DNA from: an uncultured Planctomycetaceae bacterium
GTDB lineage: Bacteria > Planctomycetota > Planctomycetia > Pirellulales > PALSA-1355
Assembly: GCA_963785305.1 (NCBI GenBank)
Contig: CAWAUV010000008.1
Span: 352,001 to 416,000 of the forward strand
Reading direction: 5' to 3'
Length of the DNA stretch: 64,000 nt
Position 1 is the stretch's first letter, and every line of letters begins with the position of its first letter. Position numbers and translations under genes: made by a program. The notes beneath the pieces were generated by a model. The model saw nothing but the letters and a program-made list of their open reading frames with translations, was not told the origin of the DNA and ran no database searches. Below, piece after piece: positions 1 through 10,997 of this stretch.

Positions 1-1
1 C

Positions 2-286
2 TTGCGGTATGTCGGTGGATGGGCATTAGCGGGCGACGATTCTGGGCATGAACTAATTCCGCTTTGGCCGCACGAGAAATTCGCATTGTTGTGTTCAACC
101 GTGGAATGGGCGGGGTGTGTCCCGGAGCCAATCAGGCTTGACGTATTTCTCGACCGTTGGATTCCAGGAATGGTGAATGACCGACGATTAGCTGCCGTTT
201 TTCCGACCCGACAGGATCGCGGAATTTCTGTAGAGCCGATTAGGCTGCAAGCTTCCTTGCTCAGCGAACTGTCACAATATGAGTAA
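2..286 (+). CDS. DUF2750-like protein, 5' truncated by window edge; probable immunity gene of an upstream cassette
   Basis: Pattern GWA...IPLWP.EKFA...W....P..I.L..FL..WIPGM..D.....VFP recalls DUF2750; lower GC like the other immunity genes. Confidence 0.6.
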   Translation: MRYVGGWALAGDDSGHELIPLWPHEKFALLCSTVEWAGCVPEPIRLDVFLDRWIPGMVNDRRLAAVFPTRQDRGISVEPIRLQASLLSELSQYE

Positions 287-384
287 TCGCACATCAAGGG
301 CGGCTGCTTCCCGCCGGGAACCGTGGTCGATACGGAAATTGGGGAGTTGTCCCTCCGAGTAGAATCAATAAAACCAGCCAGCGC

Positions 385-3300
385 ATGATGACGTTGTTTC
401 CGAGTTGTTTAGCGGCCCCTCTCAAATTACCCCGAACGATCGTTCGACGCCAGAACACCGCCGGCGCGGCCAACCTCGACGGCAGCCTGACGCAACAGCT
501 TTCCTCGAACCTGACCTTCGGCCACACCGAGCAAGGCGCCTACAGCCTCGCCTCCGCCGGCCTGTCGCTCGACGTGACCCAACTGGTCGACGCGGAGCAA
601 ATGACCAGCGCGTCGCAAGAACAAGTCTCGGGCACGCAATACGGCGTGGCCGACGGCGATGGCGAGAATCAGAATTCGGCGAATGTCGTGAACTTCGTCT
701 CCGACACCGAGACGAACAACGGCGCCACGACCGGCGCCTACACGCTCTCGCCGGGCGCGCCGCTGAGCGCCACCCAGACCGGCGGCGCCGACGACGAGTC
801 GGACACCACCAATTACTCGACCAGCGAAACGCTCTCCGACGGCGACGGCGGCACGGAAACGGACACCTACTCCGAAACCGACACCGACGAAAACGACGAC
901 ACCTTAAGCTCGGCGAGCGGCGGCGCCTCGCCCACCGACAGCTATACGAACACCGCCGATCAGATCATCGCTCAAACCTCGACCGACTCCGGCGATCAGA
1001 ACAACAGCCAGTCCCAAGCCTACGCCTCCGACAGCACGAACATCAGCTTCTCCGACTCGGGAACCGACACGGAAAGCCCCGCCGGCGATTCCGATTCCGG
1101 CAATTTCAACGTGACCGACACGGAATCCGACCTCGGTTTCGGCCACGATATATCGCCGGAGAGCGATAGCAACGACACTTACACGGACATCCCCTCGGCC
1201 TATCTCTCCGACTATTTGAAGTTCACGGACACCGGCACGTATTCGCTCTCTCCCGGCGTGGTCGCCGCCGCGGTCGGTAATTTCACGGTAAACGACAACG
1301 GCGTGACGACTGTTTCCGACACCGACATCGGCAAAGCGTTCGGCTCGTTCAACGGCAAATTCAATACTGGGTCCAGCGACACCGACAAGGCCACCGAAGT
1401 CGATCGCGGAACCGCCGATTCCGTGGGCGACGTCTCGGGCAGCGAAGTCGACACCGACAACAACGTCGACAACTTTTCGTACACCGACTCCGGCAGCGAA
1501 ACGCCCGACTCGAACGACAACGTGTACCTCTCCGATAAAATCAACGGAAGCGACAAGTCGACGGCGAGCGTCTCGACCACCTTCAGCGACACGACGGCCA
1601 CCAGCAGCGCCAGCAGTTCGTTCAGCGAGTCCGCCGGCGACCATCTCTCGGGCTTCGACTCCAGCGACGACGATTACACCGCCCCGCAAGACGGCGACCA
1701 TGGAGATATCGACGTCGTCGACACGGGCGGCGCCAGCGATGGCGTTTCCGAAAGCGGCGTGCTGGTCAATGTTTCGGGCTCCGGCATCGCGACCACGAGC
1801 GCGGCCACGGTGAGTTTCGGTCAAACCGATTCGGCGAACGACACCGAATCGCTCCAACAAGACGCCAGTTACACCGACAGCCTCGGCGGCTCGTACGACG
1901 ACCACGACACGAACACCGACACCGAAGGTGACAGCGCCACCGGCCTCTACACATCGGCCGCCTCTGGCGAAACGCTCAGTGAATCATTTAGCCAAAGCGC
2001 CACCGACACCGATCAAGACAATCTCAAGGAGGATCGCGGTTACGACAACAGCTCGCAATCGGGCGACGTGGCCCGCGCCTTCAATGATTTCGCCGGCGTC
2101 CAATTCAAGCAAAGCGGCACATACAAGAGCAGCCCCAGCGCGACGAATTCCTCGGCCGCCTTCACGCTCGCCGACAGCCAGAACGACAACGACACGCTCA
2201 CCGACAACGGCAGCTACGAAGGCAATCTCGTCGGCCAGTTCACCGATAGCGATCTCATCAAGAACATCGGCTCGCTCGTCGAGAACGGCTCGGTGATCGT
2301 GGGCGGCGCGAGTGCCGGCTCGACCGTCACCGCCACGCAAACCGCCTTCGACAGCGTCGACGACAATTACACCACCGGCTTCCAAGACGACATTTCATCC
2401 CAAGATGAACCCGACTACAAAGACCACGATCGGGACTATATCCACGCGAGTCAGAGCCAGTCGTCCACCGCCACCACCGACGCCTCGGGCAATACCACGC
2501 TCACCGGCAAGTCGGTCGAATCCGACGGCGCCGACGACAGCGACAAGAACGGCGAAAGCGGAACCGAGCCCGATTCCGGCGCCGCGCCCGAGCAATATTC
2601 CGACACCGACACCAATACCGACGACGAGTCCGACTCGAGCACCGACAACTTCGCCTACACGCTCTCGTCCGGCGCGCTCGCGCCCACCGGCGGCTCGACC
2701 GATAACTATTCCGATGCCGACACGAATGTCGACCACGACAACTCGAACGAGACCATCTACTACACCAACGCCGGCGCCGCCGCCTCCGGTAGCCAGACGC
2801 TCTCTCAATCGATCAACGACTTCAAAACGCTGACCGACTCGGGAACCGATACCGACACCGACACGGCCAACACCGCCGCGCCGGGCGGAGTCGATGACCT
2901 CAACGTCGACACCGACACCCAGGTCGACATCCAAAACGACAACTTCAACACCTCCGCCAGCGACTCCGCCACGCTGCTCTCGGCCGGACTCTCGGTCGGC
3001 TCCTATTCCGAAACGCAAACCCAGGGCGATTTCATCGCCGATTCAGTCACCAGCTATCCCGACGAGACCGACGACACCCTCGCGGGAGACTCCACTTCCG
3101 ACAACGGCACGTTCAACGACAGCCAAGGCGACACCTATTCCTCCAGCTACGTCGAGTCGGGCGCCGCGGCCAGTCCGAATGTGCTCGTCGGCGCCGCGCT
3201 CGGATCGGCCGGCGTTTACACCGGCTTTGATTTCGGGATCGGCGGCTCGACCGACGCCCCGTATTCGGACGTCGGCGTCTCAAGCGGATTCGATAGTTCG

Positions 3301-5558
3301 ACCGACTCAGGCTCGTTCAGCGTCGTCAATGGCCTGACGATTTCGTCGACCGACAACTACACCGACACCGATTTCGACCACGCCAGCCAAAATGAATCGA
3401 CGAGTTTCTCGGCCAGCGTCGAAAACCTATATGGTGGCGGCGCCGATTCGAATACCGAAAGCGAATCGCTCTCCGAGTCCGTCTCCTCCAGCGATGATTC
3501 GTCGTATTCCGACGCGGGCACGGTGAGCGTCGCGGGCAATACATCGCTCGATACCGGATCCTTCAGCGCGAGCGACGCCAGCTCGGAAAACGACACCGCC
3601 AGCGACAGCTACGAACAAGACGACTTCGATGGCGGCGTGTTGACCAATCTCTCCGCGACCCAAGGTTACGAACACCACGCCGCCGCCGACCAATATATCC
3701 AGCACGGCACGTACACGATCTCGACCGGCGCCGCCGGAACGATCGATAGCGGGAACATCGTCAGTAGCGAAGTCGAACACGACGGCATCCAGGCCAGCGA
3801 TTCGATCTCGGCTTCCTACAGCGGCTCGGGCATCCAGACCACGCTCGCCTCGCGCGACTTCAACCACGATTTCTCGAGCCAAAACGACGCCGACAATGGA
3901 ATCGATAGCGGCGAGTCGCACGACGCTTCGAGCGATAGCTACTCGCAACGCGTGAGCGACAGTTATCCGAGCGAAGGCCAGAGCGCCAGCGGGCAAGACC
4001 AGATCGAAACATCGCTCGTCACGACCGCGGCCGACAGCCAATGGGCCGCCGGCGCCGGCGCGGCGCAAGCCAATCCGACACCACGACCTATTCCTACGAC
4101 GATGCGTTCAGCCCCGGCTACGGCAGCAGTTGGTCGAGCAGCCAAACAAGCGACCCCTCCCTTTCGACCTTCGCGACCACCGGCAACGGCGGCCAGCAGC
4201 AGTACACCGCCAGCGCGGTGGAAATCATCAGCCAGCATGCCAGCGTGTTCAGCGCGTCCTTGACGACGAACGTGCCTGTCGTCACCGATACCATCAAGAG
4301 CGAGGAAACGGTCCCGCAACAAGCGTGCTTCGTGGCGGGCACGCCGGTGCTCGTCGAAGATGGTTTCAAATTAGTCGAAGACGTGAAAGTCGGCGATGTG
4401 TTCGGCTGCAAGAGCGATGGTGCGCTGCGCGGCCAGTTGTATTGGCGCGTCGTCGAACGGGTTTTCAGACACGGCCCGACGCCGATCCTCGGAGTCGAGA
4501 TCGAGCGCCGCTTGATTCGCGGCACCGCGAATCACCTGTATTACGTCGAAGGTCGCGGCTGGATCAAGGCCGCTGAACTCCAAGTCGGCGATCAGGTGAT
4601 CGGCTACGACGGCCGCTTGCACGCGGTGACGGCGATCGTGGATAATGGCGAAATCGAGCCGGTCTACAACTTCGCCGTGGCCGAACACCATACGTACTTC
4701 GTGGCGAGCCACGATGGCGCGGTCAGCGCGCTGGTGCATAATGATTACATTGAGCAATATTCCCTCTCGAATGGAAAAATCATTCTTCTGTACCACGCGG
4801 GCAACGCCGTAATCACGATTGGGACATTGAATCCAGCAACCGGCGAAGTAATCCGGAGCGGCGCGAATGGGGTTACCTGGAGCACTTCGCAAGATAAAGT
4901 CGAGGACGAAGTCAACAGTTGGGGCGCGACGGATTGGAACGCATGGTTCGCGAACGCCGCGAACGCCACGCGATCGGCCCCGCCGCCCCCAATCGGGGCG
5001 CAACAATCCAGCGGTCTCACGGCGGGCTCATTGGTAAGGAACGATGCCGAGTTCGACCAGGCGACCAACGCCGCGATCGCCGCCAGGGCGCCGATCGTCA
5101 ATGAATTGAAACAAGATGTAAATGGAAAGCTGCAAGATGCCCAAACGGCGATCGACGCGGGGATCACGATCGCCCTCATCGCCATCCCGGGACCGGAGGA
5201 TGTCATCGTTGCCGCCGGCGCCAAGCTCGGCTACGATGTTGTCTCCGTCGGCGGCAAATGGGTCCTCAAATACGGCGGAAAAATCCTTTCCGGCGCGGAT
5301 GAAGCCGCGGCGGCGGCAAGAATCGCTAAGGCGGCAGGCAGCGCGGCGCTCGATCTCGGTAAATTCGTTGGAAAAGCCGCGATCACATCGCCTAATTTGC
5401 CGGCTGGCACGTACACAGCGTTGATCGTTGACGGTCAGGTTTACGTCGCTCGATTCCATTTGATTGCATGGGAGCTTGCCGGGAAGAAAGGCGTCGAGCA
5501 ATTTTACGGTTTTGCGGAGATCGACGCAGCCGGCAACATTGTAAAGCTATTCAAATGA
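385..5558 (+). CDS. Polymorphic toxin 1: acidic D/S/T-rich stalk + Hint domain (4326-4742) + unknown C-terminal toxin; frameshift ~4062; probably N-truncated
   Basis: ORFs 385..4263 and 4041..5558 join when compared with the in-frame copies at 6415 and 10979; Hint motifs CFVAGTPV, TANH, VYNFAV..HHTYFV, LVHN. Confidence 0.8.
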
Positions 5559-5995
5559 ACGAATCAGCCATTTTCAGCATTCAAACGTTTTTTTTGCTGA
5601 CAGGGTGTGAACTCGCGCGATACGTCGAACCGTTCATCGCTAAAGGCTCCGCAGCAGTTCACTATTCGGCCTATGACGTGTTGCGGCAAGGTATCGCAAC
5701 GTTTGACAACGAACATATTGTTTACGCGTTAGAAATATGTATGCTCTTAAATGAAACAGAATTTGCAAGCCAATTACCCAAGTTTCTTTCGCACCGCGAT
5801 GCCTCGGTATCTAGCACCGCCTTTCGGCTGATTTATGACCTCGACCCAGCTTCGGTGCCTTTCGGATTTGCGAGTGCTTTTACCGCCGTCCCGATCGTTG
5901 ATCTCTTCACAACAAATGTAATTTCTGGCGGCGAAGTTCATGTCGGCACAAACAAGACGTTCGTTGACAAACTCATCGCAAAGTTCGACGCGTGA
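5555..5995 (+). CDS. Putative immunity protein for toxin 1
   Basis: ATGA overlap with the toxin stop codon; low GC; small helical protein. Confidence 0.65.
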   Translation: MNESAIFSIQTFFLLTGCELARYVEPFIAKGSAAVHYSAYDVLRQGIATFDNEHIVYALEICMLLNETEFASQLPKFLSHRDASVSSTAFRLIYDLDPASVPFGFASAFTAVPIVDLFTTNVISGGEVHVGTNKTFVDKLIAKFDA

Positions 5996-6014
5996 ATTAA
6001 AAGGGCGCGGGAGC

Positions 6015-6185
6015 AAAGGGGACGCGAGTCGAATCGGGGGTCGGTTTTCTTGGGACGGCCGCGGGGACGAAGCGTCGATTGCAATCCACCGCGCGGTTTA
6101 GCGCATGGAAAATCAATCCCTTCGGCGGCATGCCCCCAGCTTAAGCCGGGACGCCTCAAACGTCGGTATCGACTCGCGACCCCGT
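6015..6185 (-). mobile_element. Miniature, internally deleted RAYT (IS200-like tyrosine transposase) remnant bounded by inverted REP-like motifs
   Basis: AAAGGGGACGCGAGTCGA (6015-6032) and inverted TCGACTCGCGACCCC (6169-6183); minus strand encodes GLQSTLRPRGRPKK, a RAYT-type C-terminus; second copy at 16212-16382. Confidence 0.55.
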
Positions 6186-6228
6186 TTTCGTTCGCCCTTT
6201 TCCGATCGACGACGAGAACGTCGTCACC

Positions 6229-8010
6229 GGCGAAGTCGAACACGACGGCATCCAGGCCAGCGATTCGATCTCGGCTTCCTACAGCGGCTCGGGCATCCAG
6301 ACCACGCTCGCCTCGCGCGACTTCAACCACGATTTCTCGAGCCAAAACGACGCCGACAATGGAATCGATAGCGGCGGTTCGCACGACGCTTCGAGCGATA
6401 GCTACTCGCAAAGCGTGAGCGACAGTTATCCGAGCGAAGGTCAGGGCGCCAGCGGGCAAGACCAGATCGGAACATCGCTCGTCACGACCGCGGCCGACAG
6501 CCAATGGGCCGCCGGCGCCGGCTCGGGCACAAGCCAATCAGACACCACGACCTATTCCTACGACGATGCGTTCAGCCCCGGCTACGGCAGCAGTTGGTCG
6601 AGCAGCCAAACAAGCGACCCCTCCCTTTCGACCTTCGCGACCACCGGCAATGGCGGCCAGCAGCAGTACCCGGCGAGCGCGGCGACATTGGTCAGTCCGC
6701 ATGTGAGCGTGTTCAGCGTTCCGCTCTCGACGAACGTTCCGGTCGTCACCGACACGATCAAAGTGGAGGAAACGGTCCCGCAACAAGCCTGCTTTACGGC
6801 TGACACGCTGATCTTGATGGCGGAGGCGCCGCCGAAGCGGATCGACCAAATCCGCGTGGGCGATGAGGTGCTCTGCAAGGACGATGGCGATCCGTATGGC
6901 GCGCCGCGGCGTCGGGTGGTCGATTCGCTCAAACAGCATCCGCCGACGGCGCTGGTCAGCGTTCATGTACTCGATGAGTTCGGCGTCGAACTAGTCTCGC
7001 GCACGACAGGAAACCATCTCATCTGGACCAGGGAAGCCGGCTGGCTCCAAGCGCGAAAGCTCGAACCCGGTCAGCACGTCATCGGCCACGACAACCGCTT
7101 GCATGAAATATTAAAAGTCGTCGATAATGGCGAAGTCGAGCCGGTTTTCAATTTCTCCGTCGCCGAGTGCCACACCTATTTCATCGCCAACCAAGATGGC
7201 GCGATGAGCGTGCTGGTGCATAATGATTATGTCACATACGAGGAAGGTAAGAATGGCGTAACACTGGTCTATTATCAAGAGAGTTTGTTCGGCGTCGCCG
7301 ATCGTCCACCGGTTTTTATTGGTTCTCTTCAGGGCAACAACGTAATCCACATCGCGCCCGACGGCACGAAAACCGCGGCGTCGTTGGACGCGGTGACGAG
7401 CGAAGTGACAAGCCTCGGCACGACCGGCAACTGGGGTCAATGGTTCAACAAAAATGGTGTGAGCGCGGGCGCTCCAGCGGCGACGAACCTCGAACAGGAG
7501 AAAGGCGGCGCTTTTGCATTGCAACTGAAACTCGACGAGGACAGCAATGCCCAACGCGAGTTGCAAAAGCAAGAAACAATTCCGAAAATCATCGATGGCA
7601 AGACAAACTCAGTCGACATGGCCGAAGCCACATTGGAGCAGGTCACAGTCAACACGCCGATCGACGTCGGCCTCGCGATGGCGGGAGGGTTGGGCCCGCT
7701 CCATCATATCGCAACGAACAAAAACTGGATATCGACGTTGCGCGGCGGTCCCTGGAGCCCACGGTTCGCGGCGATTTTTGAAAAAGCGGGAATGACACTT
7801 GAGGCTGCGGCGAACAAAATAAACATTCCGGGACACGCCGGACCGCATCCCGAAGCGTACCACAAAGAAGTATTTGATCGTTTGAGACGCGCGGTCAACG
7901 GTCTCTCGGGTGAGGCATATAAAAATGCGCTCATGAACGAACTCAACGCGCTCTCGCAGGAAGCGACGACTGCGGGAACTGAACTCAACAAGCTTCTCAA
8001 CGGCGAATAA
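6229..8010 (+). CDS. Orphan toxin cassette 2: stalk fragment + Hint + AHH-family (HNH-fold) nuclease
   Basis: CFTADT...LVHN Hint domain; C-terminus LHHIATNK...NKINIPGHAGPHPEAYH; stalk homology starts ~6229, ORF track start 6415. Confidence 0.8.
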   Translation, partial: GEVEHDGIQASDSISASYSGSGIQTTLASRDFNHDFSSQNDADNGIDSGGSHDASSDSYSQSVSDSYPSEGQGASGQDQIGTSLVTTAADSQWAAGAGSGTSQSDTTTYSYDDAFSPGYGSSWSSSQTSDPSLSTFATTGNGGQQQYPASAATLVSPHVSVFSVPLSTNVPVVTDTIKVEETVPQQACFTADTLILMAEAPPKRIDQIRVGDEVLCKDDGDPYGAPRRRVVDSLKQHPPTALVSVHVLDEFGVELVSRTTGNHLIWTREAGWLQARKLEPGQHVIGHDNRLHEILKVVDNGEVEPVFNFSVAECHTYFIANQDGAMSVLVHNDYVTYEEGKNGVTLVYYQESLFGVADRPPVFIGSLQGNNVIHIAPDGTKTAASLDAVTSEVTSLGTTGNWGQWFNKNGVSAGAPAATNLEQEKGGAFALQLKLDEDSNAQRELQKQETIPKIIDGKTNSVDMAEATLEQVTVNTPIDVGLAMAGGLGPLHHIATNKNWISTLRGGPWSPRFAAIFEKAGMTLEAAANKINIPGHAGPHPEAYHKEVFDRLRRAVNGLSGEAYKNALMNELNALSQEATTAGTELNKLLNGE

Positions 8011-8023
8011 TACTGGGTGTGAA

Positions 8024-8587
8024 ATGGATTATTGTCGATTACTAACTGATGACAAAGCATACGCGGATCGTTGGTTTCTTGGCGAGCCCGTGACCGACGA
8101 GGGCATCGAGGTCGATGCGCGCGAATTTTGTTATGGCCGCCCGTATTCGGGCCCACGACCTGCCGTTGTTCCGATCCGCCAGTCAGGCCGGTCGGTGGCT
8201 TTCCATTTAGCCGCCTTCAACATGCCGGTCGTTTCGAGCGAGATCGCTGATGTGCTCGAACATTCCGCCCCGGCCGACATTCAACGCTTCCCCGTCACGA
8301 TTGGCAGCGGAATTCGTGGATTCGAGATACTCAACGTGGTTGGAACGGAGCGTTGCGTGGATGAAGTTCGATCAAAGGCACGAAAATGGGGACCCGATGA
8401 CGGCCGCCCGGACAAGGTCGGGCAATACCGCCAGATTACGCGTTTAATAATCGATCCGCGACGAACCATGGGTCGACATTTGCTCAGAATCTGGGGTTCG
8501 TTGGTGGAGTTGATTGTTTCGGAGAAAGTAATGGAATCACTTTCTTCGGTGCCCGATCTTGGAATTGTCTTTGAAAAAGTGACCTGA
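8024..8587 (+). CDS. Immunity protein, Imm11/DUF1629-like
   Basis: Directly follows the AHH toxin; PVVS, ILNV...CVDE.RS and LIVSE motifs typical of AHH-associated immunity proteins. Confidence 0.65.
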   Translation: MDYCRLLTDDKAYADRWFLGEPVTDEGIEVDAREFCYGRPYSGPRPAVVPIRQSGRSVAFHLAAFNMPVVSSEIADVLEHSAPADIQRFPVTIGSGIRGFEILNVVGTERCVDEVRSKARKWGPDDGRPDKVGQYRQITRLIIDPRRTMGRHLLRIWGSLVELIVSEKVMESLSSVPDLGIVFEKVT

Positions 8588-8592
8588 TATGC

Positions 8593-9801
8593 GTGTCGCT
8601 TGTCGTTCCGAATACCTCATCGGACGAGGAAACGGTCCCGCAGCAAGCGTGCTTTGTGGCGGGAACGCCGGTGGTTGTGAAAGAAGGCTTCAAGCGGGTC
8701 GAGGATGTCAAACTCGGCGACGAGGTGGCCTGCAAGAGCGATGGCGACCCGTGGGGCGAGCTCTACTGGCGCGTGGTCGACCGGCTATTCAAACATGACC
8801 CGACGCCGATTCTCGGCATCGAAATCGCCGGCCGCCTGATCCGCGGCACCGCGAACCACCTGTATTATGCGGAAGGTCGCGGCTGGATCAAAGCGCGCGA
8901 ACTCCGCGTCGGCGATCAAGTCATCGGCCACGACGGCCGCTTGCACGCGGTGACCGCGATCATCGATAATGGCGAAGTCGAGCCGGTCTACAACTTCGCC
9001 GTCGCCGAACACCATACGTACTTCGTGGCGAGCCAAGACGGCGCGGTGAGCGCGCTGGTGCATAATGATTACATTCAATTTCACGCTAACGGCGTTTACT
9101 GGGTTAACGAAAGCACCAACCCGCCGACGGAGACGAGAATCGGGGAGTTGGTGGCGCCGGGTCAAGTCTCGCTTACAATTGGCAATACTGCGGACGACGC
9201 CGCCCACGGCATGAGACTGGAACAACTTAAAGCCGAGGCCGCGAGAATTACAGCTTTGAAAAAGAATGGGCAGATCGTCGTCTTGGTCACACCGTCCCCG
9301 CCCCCGCGCGGGGAGGAAAGTGACCTTGCGAAAGGTCCAATAACAGGCAACTACGAAAGTCCTCAGGAACAGGACCGAGCAAATGCGAAGGCCTGGGGAA
9401 AAGCCATCGAGTGGACTGTCATAGAAGCCGCGAATGTTCAAGATGCGAACAACAAATTGCGAGCCGCGGCGCAGGCGAATGGCCCGATTGCCGCAATCAT
9501 CATCGAAGGTCACGGCAAGGCGGGCTACCAACGCGTGGGATCGAAAGGCTCCAGCGATCCACAGGCATACATAGATACGACTCCTCAGGGTCGCGCGAAC
9601 GCTCAGATGCTTTTTCTGGGCCTCCAAAACAGCTTGGCGCCAAATGTCGAAATCGTACTCAACGGGTGTGAGGTGGCTGCCGGTTTGGAAGGGGCCGCCT
9701 TAAAAAAAATAATTGAAAGCCAAATCAACGGCACAAACGTCAAAATGTCTAAAAACCCGACGTACTCCATAAACTCACCCCGATTGAACGTGGACAACTG
9801 A
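8593..9801 (+). CDS. Orphan toxin cassette 3: Hint + DUF4347/caspase-like peptidase domain
   Basis: ETVPQQA-CFVAG...LVHN; C-terminal IIIEGHG and IVLNGCEVAAGLEG (His/Cys dyad pattern). Confidence 0.65.
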   Translation: MSLVVPNTSSDEETVPQQACFVAGTPVVVKEGFKRVEDVKLGDEVACKSDGDPWGELYWRVVDRLFKHDPTPILGIEIAGRLIRGTANHLYYAEGRGWIKARELRVGDQVIGHDGRLHAVTAIIDNGEVEPVYNFAVAEHHTYFVASQDGAVSALVHNDYIQFHANGVYWVNESTNPPTETRIGELVAPGQVSLTIGNTADDAAHGMRLEQLKAEAARITALKKNGQIVVLVTPSPPPRGEESDLAKGPITGNYESPQEQDRANAKAWGKAIEWTVIEAANVQDANNKLRAAAQANGPIAAIIIEGHGKAGYQRVGSKGSSDPQAYIDTTPQGRANAQMLFLGLQNSLAPNVEIVLNGCEVAAGLEGAALKKIIESQINGTNVKMSKNPTYSINSPRLNVDN

Positions 9802-9802
9802 A

Positions 9803-10618
9803 ATGAAAACGTCATACTCGTTGCGTTCGTTGGTGATTGCGATCGCACTTTTCTGCGCGGCGTTCGTGGCCGTGCCCGAATGCTACGATTGGATGCGCTG
9901 GAAAACCATGACCGGCGATGAGATTTGCAAAATCCGCCATGATGACTTTCGCGGCGATTTTTCAGTTTCCGTTAGTACGCTCGAAGATGGCGAATGCCGC
10001 GATTTTAAGTGGATTTCGATGCTTCGAGCGCTTTCGACTCGGGCTTCGCATCTCGTGAGTCTTGATCTCGACGAATGCGCGAGCTGCCGAACTCAAATCG
10101 GCGACGATGCGATGGCCGAGATCGCTTCGTTTCATGAACTTAAAGAACTTCGTATAGCATTCCGAACGTCGGCGACGCAATATGTATCGTTGAGCTCGTT
10201 TGTGCGCCTTCGCAATCTCTCGAAATTGAGACAACTGACGCTGTATAGGGCGAGGGAACTCAACGCCGATCGAGTTCGGTGTCTGGGCACGTTTCCGTCG
10301 CTGACCCAACTATCGTTACCTGGTTGCCGTTTTGCGCGAGGTGCGGTCCAAGAATTGACGAATTGTCGACGGCTTGAATGCCTCGATTGCAGCGACTGCG
10401 ATCTTGACGACAGCGACCTCATGATCCTCGCCCAAATCTCATCGCTCCGCAAGTTCGTGGTGGCGTGTGATTCGCGTCATCATGCGAAAATAACCGACGC
10501 TGGAGTTTCTCGATTGCAGGCTCACCGCCCCGATTTGGAAATTCATATTAATAGTGCTGGAAACGAGGGCCGCGGCCACACGAGCAGTTGTTGCGAACCG
10601 AGTTGGTGGTTGGACTGA
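9803..10618 (+). CDS. Membrane-anchored leucine-rich repeat protein (putative immunity)
   Basis: N-terminal YSLRSL plus hydrophobic helix; LxxLxL repeats; ends ITDAGVSRLQAHRPDLEI. Confidence 0.7.
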   Translation: MKTSYSLRSLVIAIALFCAAFVAVPECYDWMRWKTMTGDEICKIRHDDFRGDFSVSVSTLEDGECRDFKWISMLRALSTRASHLVSLDLDECASCRTQIGDDAMAEIASFHELKELRIAFRTSATQYVSLSSFVRLRNLSKLRQLTLYRARELNADRVRCLGTFPSLTQLSLPGCRFARGAVQELTNCRRLECLDCSDCDLDDSDLMILAQISSLRKFVVACDSRHHAKITDAGVSRLQAHRPDLEIHINSAGNEGRGHTSSCCEPSWWLD

Positions 10619-10653
10619 AAGCCCCGTAGGGTCAAAAATCTCGGCCGAGGGGT

Positions 10654-10997
10654 TGTCCCTCCCGAAAACTCTATCCGGGGGAGTTGGGGCATGTTTGAGG
10701 TGTCGAATTGAAAATCAGCCCGCAATGCGAGCCAAGGTTTTTTGATGAGAACGAGTGAAAACAGGCCCGGAGAGCCTGTTTTCACTGATCGGTGCGCGGC
10801 CTTGCCTTCGGCGTGATGGTCGTGGTTGAAAAGCATGGGGACGCGAGGCGGCGCGGGTGTAGCGGTGATGGAGGCCGCCGACTTGTGGAATGGATCGCAC
10901 CGGACCGCGCTCGGGCGGCACGACTTCGCGAGGATTGGGCGAGTTGCCCTCGAGCGAAAGATGAGTTCTTGAATTGTTGTGGTAGTCGAAGTAATCG
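10654..10997 (-). mobile_element. 3' end fragment of an rve-integrase element
   Basis: Minus strand encodes DYFDYHNNSRTHLSL...PQVGGLHHRYTRAA, near-identical to 27016-27170; terminal TGTCCCTCCCGAAAA. Confidence 0.75.

Noticed and set aside
4055..4070. Same frameshift in two stalk copies (4062, 16722) and two Hint copies (19947, 23068) as a phase-variation switch
   Set aside because: No long homopolymer or microsatellite; the identical GC context would give systematic basecalling errors. Cannot be excluded without reads
4326..4742. Hint domains as mobile inteins
   Set aside because: No homing endonuclease and not inserted in conserved enzymes; they sit before variable toxin tips
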